Shown in pieces: positions 59,591 to 64,000 of a stretch of DNA of 64,000 nt. The notes beneath the pieces are model-generated. The model was not told the DNA's origin, searched no databases, and saw nothing but the letters and a program-made list of their open reading frames with translations. This stretch comes from an uncultured Gammaproteobacteria bacterium (GTDB taxonomy: Bacteria > Pseudomonadota > Gammaproteobacteria > Xanthomonadales > Rhodanobacteraceae): NCBI GenBank assembly GCA_963697495.1, contig CAVOOH010000004.1, forward strand, positions 320,245 to 384,244, written 5' to 3'. The position numbers and the translations under genes were made by a program. The stretch's first letter is position 1; every line of letters begins with the position of its first letter.

Positions 59591-60637
59591 TCAGCCGGCG
59601 CCTTCCCGCGCCGGTCCTGATTTCTGTCTGTCATGTGGTGTTCCGCAGGAGGTGCGTACCACCAGCTTGGCGGCGACGCGGCGATGGATGCCGCCCATCA
59701 GGTTGTTCGGGTTGTCGATCTGCTCGCCCAGAAATTCCATGGCCTGGCCGCCGAGCTCGGCGATATGCACCTGGATCGTGGTCAGCGATGGCGTCACATA
59801 ACGCGCCATCGGCACATCGTCGAAGCCGCTTACGGCGATTTCCTCGGGCACGCAGATGCCGGCGTCGCGCAGGGCCGCCATGCAACCGATCGCCATCATG
59901 TCGTTGGCGGCGAATACGGCATCCGGCCTTGGCCGCATCGCCAGCACCTGCTGTCCGGCGTGGTAGCCGGATTCCTCGCTGAAGTCCCCGCGCAGCATGC
60001 TCACCGGGCTTTCGGGCGCATGCCTGATGAGCGCTTCGCGGTAGCCGAGTTCCCGTTCGGCGGCATCGCGATTGCCGGGCGGCCCCTGGACAAACACGAT
60101 CCGGCGGTGGCCAAGCGCCAGCAAGTGCTCGACCATCAAGCGTGCGCCACCGTCGTTGTCCACCGACAGCGCGCAGTAGTCGGCGCCGGCCAATCGGGTA
60201 TTCACCAGCACGGTCGGCAGTCCATGCGGCAGGTTCTGCTGCAGAAAGGCATCGTCGGCGTGCGGCGACATCAGCAGCAGGCCGTCGACACGTCCCTGCA
60301 TCGCGCGCAAGGCCATGGCGGCAGCTGCCGCGTCGTCGTGCGAACTGGAAACCAGCAGATGCAGGCCGCGCGCCCGCGCGGCCAGGTCGATGCCGCGGAT
60401 CAGCTCGGAAAAGAACTCGCCATACAGGTCGGGCAGCAGCGCGCCGACGGTGTTCGTGCGGCGGGTGATCAAGGTGCGCGCCGCGGCATGCGGCACGTAA
60501 CGCAGGCGCAGCGCGGCTTCGCGAATGCGCTGACTGGTCTCGGCGGTTACCCCGCGGCCGTCATTCAGGGCACGTGAGACGGAGGCCACCGACACCTTGG
60601 CCTCGCGCGCCACATCTTTGATGGTTGCTGCCGACAT
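59591..60637 (-). CDS. LacI-family transcriptional regulator
   Basis: TIKDVAREAKVSVASVSRALN, YVPHAAAR hinge, ANDMMAIG, GFDD, PSLTT. Confidence 0.95.
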   Translation of the reverse strand: MSAATIKDVAREAKVSVASVSRALNDGRGVTAETSQRIREAALRLRYVPHAAARTLITRRTNTVGALLPDLYGEFFSELIRGIDLAARARGLHLLVSSSHDDAAAAAMALRAMQGRVDGLLLMSPHADDAFLQQNLPHGLPTVLVNTRLAGADYCALSVDNDGGARLMVEHLLALGHRRIVFVQGPPGNRDAAERELGYREALIRHAPESPVSMLRGDFSEESGYHAGQQVLAMRPRPDAVFAANDMMAIGCMAALRDAGICVPEEIAVSGFDDVPMARYVTPSLTTIQVHIAELGGQAMEFLGEQIDNPNNLMGGIHRRVAAKLVVRTSCGTPHDRQKSGPAREGAG

Positions 60638-60684
60638 GCCGGACGGTCCAGGAAGGGCATAAAAAATCGCATTGCGGCGGCAAC

Positions 60685-60697
60685 GTAAACGTTTTCA
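60685..60697. promoter_or_regulatory. Putative LacI-family operator
   Basis: GTAAACGTTTTCA, CG-centred near-palindrome upstream of the lacI-family gene. Confidence 0.6.
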
Positions 60698-61036
60698 TGA
60701 CGCATTGTAAAGTGCTTGTAAAGCCGTTTTTCTGCTGCGCCGCGACAGTTTCCGACTTGTCCACGGCTTGCATGCCGGGCGGATCGGCGATGGAGCGCCA
60801 ACAGCGCCCAGGGCGCGCGATACGGCGGTGCAACAGCCAAATCGTTGGCACGATTCAGGCTTGTTTCTCAGAGAGCTGGCAATTCTGTGAATGGCGTCAC
60901 TGATGCGAAGTCGATTTTGTTAAATATTCGATTCTTCCGTTAAATGAAGGTTAATCTTCGTGGACTCAAGCGACTGTATCCTCAAGTTGCTGCAAATTTT
61001 GAAGGTGCTCCAGACAACTTGCTGTTTTTCAAGACC

Positions 61037-61495
61037 ATGATGACTCTACTGACCCTGCTGTTTGCTGCTGCTGCCGTGCTGCTTGCCAGCGCGTTCCGGC
61101 GCGTGCCGGCGGGCCAGGTCTACAGCCTGTACCGTCGTGGCAAGCTGGTGCGCGTGCTGCAGTCCGGTACCCACCTGGTGTTGCCCGTACTGGACCGGGT
61201 TGCACACAAGATCAACCTGGCCGGCCAGACCCTGCGTTTCGAAGAGCCGCTGGCCGACGCGCACGACGTGCGCGGGACGGTGTACTGGCAGGTGCTGGAG
61301 CCGGAACGGGCCGATGCGGTGTTCGAACAGGTCGACCAGCTGATCCGTCGCGGCGCGCAGGAAGCCCTGCGCAGTGAGCCGGCAGCCGATCACGCGGATC
61401 GCCGCGACCTCGGCGTACGGGTGAAACAGTCCTTGAACAGCGCGCTGCGTGAGCGCGGCATGATGGTGACCCGGGTCGAGCTCGACGTGGTCTGA
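61037..61495 (+). CDS. Short SPFH/band-7 domain protein
   Basis: N-terminal TM, FRRVPAGQ, GKLVRVLQSGTHLVLPVLDRV, RGMMVTRVEL. Confidence 0.78.
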   Translation: MMTLLTLLFAAAAVLLASAFRRVPAGQVYSLYRRGKLVRVLQSGTHLVLPVLDRVAHKINLAGQTLRFEEPLADAHDVRGTVYWQVLEPERADAVFEQVDQLIRRGAQEALRSEPAADHADRRDLGVRVKQSLNSALRERGMMVTRVELDVV

Positions 61496-61555
61496 CCATG
61501 GCATTGCGGCAGGGCATCCGAGAGTGCCCGCCGCTGGGGGTTTGCAAGTCTTCGG

Positions 61556-61579
61556 CCCGCTTCGGCGGGTTTTCTTTTC
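61556..61579 (+). terminator. Intrinsic terminator
   Basis: CCCGC-TTCG-GCGGG followed by TTTTCTTTT. Confidence 0.8.
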
Positions 61580-61646
61580 AGCGGATTGGCAATACCGGCG
61601 TGGGCCGCGGATACTTTGCGCCCCCACGCTTCTCGAACGACCTCCG

Positions 61647-62276
61647 ATGACCACGCGCGATGCCTTGCAGGCCCGACTCGAACAAGGCATCGCCGCGCTG
61701 GGGCTGCAGCTGCCGGCCGAAGCGGTGCCGCGGCTGCTCGATTACCAGGCCCTGCTCGAACGCTGGAACGCGACCTACAACCTCACCGCGGTGCGCGATC
61801 CGGCGGAGATGGTCACCCGCCATCTGCTCGATTCGCTGGCAATCCTGCCGTACGTGCGAGGCCAGACCCTGGCCGACCTGGGCACCGGCCCCGGCCTGCC
61901 CGGCGTCGTGCTGGCGATCGCCGCGCCGGGGCGCGAGATCCTGCTGGTCGATTCCAACGGCAAGAAGGTGCGCTTCCTGCGTGAGGCGATCCGTGCGCTG
62001 AAGCTCGACGGCGTGCGCGCCGTGCAGTCGCGGGTGGAAGACGTCGAGGGCCAGTTCGACTGCGTCACCGCGCGCGCATTCGCCAGCCTCGCCGACATGC
62101 TCGGCTGGGGCGGCCACCTGTTGGCGCCGGACGGGATCTGGCTGGCGATGAAGGGCAAGCGCCCGGACGAGGAATTGCCCGGCATCCCGGCCGGTTTCGC
62201 CGTGCGCGGCACGCACGAACTGGCGGTGCCGGGACTGCCGGCCGAACGCCATTTGCTGGTGCTGGGGCGAGCCTGA
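61647..62276 (+). CDS. rsmG: 16S rRNA m7G527 methyltransferase
   Basis: WNATYNLTAVR, HLLDSL, DLGTGPGLPG, DSNGKK, TARAFA. Confidence 0.96.
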   Translation: MTTRDALQARLEQGIAALGLQLPAEAVPRLLDYQALLERWNATYNLTAVRDPAEMVTRHLLDSLAILPYVRGQTLADLGTGPGLPGVVLAIAAPGREILLVDSNGKKVRFLREAIRALKLDGVRAVQSRVEDVEGQFDCVTARAFASLADMLGWGGHLLAPDGIWLAMKGKRPDEELPGIPAGFAVRGTHELAVPGLPAERHLLVLGRA

Positions 62277-62302
62277 CCTAAGCGCGCTTCGAATTTTGGT
62301 TA

Positions 62303-62393
62303 CGTTCGGGCTGAGCGTAGTGCCGAAGGCGCGAAGTCGAAGCCGCGCGCACCCTTCGACTTCGCCGCTGCGCGGCTACGCTCAGGGTGAACG
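62303..62393. repeat. REP/REPIN-like long palindromic element
   Basis: CGTTC..CTGAGCGTAG...GCGAAGTCGAAG / CTTCGACTTCGC...CTACGCTCAG..GAACG nested inverted repeats. Confidence 0.7.
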
Positions 62394-62419
62394 GTAAAGG
62401 CTTCATCGCGTGAACGATT

Positions 62420-63775
62420 TTATTCGCCCAGCACGCCGCCGTTGCTCTCGATCACCTGCGCGTATAGCTTCGCGGTGGCCTTCGGCGTGCGCTGCTGGGT
62501 GGCGAAGTCGACGTGGTACAGCCCGAAGCGCTTGGAGAAACCCAGCGACCATTCCAGGTTGTCCATCAGGGACCACGCGTAATACCCCTTCAGATTCACG
62601 CCGGCCGCGATCGCCTTGTGCACGGCCTTGAGGTGCTTGCGCAGGTAATTCGTGCGCAGCGGATCATCGAGTTCGCCGTTCTCGGCCACCGGCGGGTCGT
62701 AGAACGCCGAACCATTTTCGGTGATGTACAGCGGGATGTCGCCGTAGCGCTCCTTGAACCAGGTCAGCGTGTCGGTCAGGCCTTGCTCGAACACTTCCCA
62801 GCCGGTCTCGGTGTAGGTCTTGTTTGGCTGGCGCACTGGCGAGGCTTTCAACGGGTACTGGTTCGGGTCGTGCTTCACCACGGCGCGGGTGTAGTAGTTG
62901 ATGCCGACGAAATCGACCTGCTGCTTGGTCAGCTTGAAATCGTCTTGCGGGAAATCCGGCCACGCGTTGCCGAAGATTTCCTTCAGCTCGGGCGGGTAGC
63001 TGCCCAGCAGCGCCGGATCGGCGAACTGCTGGTTCATGTAGGCGTGCGCGCGGCGGGTCGCGGCGAGGTCCTCGGCGCTGTCCGAGTGCGGATATTTCGG
63101 CTCGATGTTGAACACCACGCCAATCTCGTGCTTGCCGTGCGCGCGGTACGCCTGGATGCCGGCGCCGCTGGCGCGCATCAGGTTGTGCGCGGCGATCGGC
63201 GCCTCGTACTTGCTGCGGTGACCCGGCGCCAGCGCGCCGTGCAGATAGCCGCCGTCGGTGACCACCCACGGCTCGTTGAGGGTGGACCAGCGAGGCACGC
63301 GGTCGTCCAGCGCCTTGAACATCACCTCGGCGTACTCGGCGAACCAGTGCGCGATGTCGCGGTTGAGCCAGCCGCCGCGGTCGTCCAGTGCCGCCGGCAG
63401 GTCCCAGTGGAACAGCGTGGCGTTCGGCGCGATGCCGTTTTCCAGCAATTCGTCGACCAGCCGCGAATAGAAGTCCAGCCCCTTCGGATTGACCCGGCCG
63501 GTGCCCTCGGGCAGCACGCGCGCCCAGTTGATGCTGAAGCGGTAGCCCTGCAGGCCCAGCGCCTTCATCAGCTGCACGTCGTCCTTGTAACGGCGGTAGT
63601 GGTCGCAGGCGACGTCGCCGGTATCGCCGTTCACCATCATGCCCGGCGTGTGGGCGAAGCGCTGCCAGATGCTGGGACCGGCATCGTCGGCCAGCGGCGA
63701 GCCTTCGATCTGGTAGGCCGAGGTGGCGGCACCCCAGTGGAAGCCGTCGGGAAAGCGGAAGCTGGGGTGCGTCAT
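62420..63775 (-). CDS. GH1 beta-glucosidase, cytoplasmic
   Basis: FHWGAATSAYQIEG, TLNEP acid/base, YITENG nucleophile, DNLEW; no signal peptide. Confidence 0.95.
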   Translation of the reverse strand: MTHPSFRFPDGFHWGAATSAYQIEGSPLADDAGPSIWQRFAHTPGMMVNGDTGDVACDHYRRYKDDVQLMKALGLQGYRFSINWARVLPEGTGRVNPKGLDFYSRLVDELLENGIAPNATLFHWDLPAALDDRGGWLNRDIAHWFAEYAEVMFKALDDRVPRWSTLNEPWVVTDGGYLHGALAPGHRSKYEAPIAAHNLMRASGAGIQAYRAHGKHEIGVVFNIEPKYPHSDSAEDLAATRRAHAYMNQQFADPALLGSYPPELKEIFGNAWPDFPQDDFKLTKQQVDFVGINYYTRAVVKHDPNQYPLKASPVRQPNKTYTETGWEVFEQGLTDTLTWFKERYGDIPLYITENGSAFYDPPVAENGELDDPLRTNYLRKHLKAVHKAIAAGVNLKGYYAWSLMDNLEWSLGFSKRFGLYHVDFATQQRTPKATAKLYAQVIESNGGVLGE

Positions 63776-63801
63776 GAAAGTTCCTGCGATCAAAGCGCTT
63801 G

Positions 63802-63817
63802 ATGTAAACGATTACAT
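63802..63817. promoter_or_regulatory. Putative LacI-family operator between GH1 and the ABC ATPase
   Basis: ATGTAAACGATTACAT near-perfect palindrome. Confidence 0.65.
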
Positions 63818-63907
63818 CGGCAGAATAGCCGAATGTTTCGGCGATGTGCAGACAGGCGCATGCTGCGACCAAGACGGGCCGTCGTGGCCAACCCCACTGG
63901 AGATGCC

Positions 63908-64000
63908 ATGGCTGCCGTACGTCTGGACCACCTGCGCAAGGTCTACCCGAACGGTCACGTCGGCGTGGCCGACGCCAGTTTCGAGATCGCCGATGGCGAA
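63908..64000 (+). CDS. Sugar ABC transporter ATP-binding protein (MalK/MsmX type), 3'-truncated by the window edge
   Basis: Manual translation MAAVRLDHLRKVYPNGHVGVADASFEIADGE; GGAG RBS. Confidence 0.85.
   Translation, partial: MAAVRLDHLRKVYPNGHVGVADASFEIADGE

Overview
This high-GC window looks like a Xanthomonadales (Rhodanobacteraceae-like) chromosome spanning the replication origin. The core block is tonB-exbB-exbD1-exbD2, a TPR gene, gyrB-recF-dnaN-[oriC]-dnaA on the minus strand, and rpmH-rnpA-yidC-mnmE on the plus strand. oriC carries DnaA boxes, an IHF site and a DnaA-trio-like tract, and two perfect parS palindromes lie inside recF. The left arm holds an acetate/carboxylate module: acs, a CrbS/CrbR-type two-component system, a DcaP-like porin, an MFS transporter and a second acyl-CoA ligase. 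The right arm holds rbsK, hslVU, xerC-dapF, a GNAT gene with an RLAN/RimK ATP-grasp ligase, aroE, prlC, a cold-shock gene, xth and pirin. It also holds a LacI-controlled glycan-utilisation locus: TonB-dependent receptor, GH144-like glucanase, ABC transporter, an uncharacterised secreted (alpha/alpha)6-type hydrolase and a GH1, interrupted by SPFH and rsmG genes. Many genes, including essential ones, carry frameshifts that are almost certainly sequencing or assembly indels. I saw no rRNA, tRNA, CRISPR array, prophage or transposase. Family assignments come from motif recognition, not database searches. The best candidate for an undescribed system is the beta-1,2-glucan-type locus with its unassigned hydrolase.
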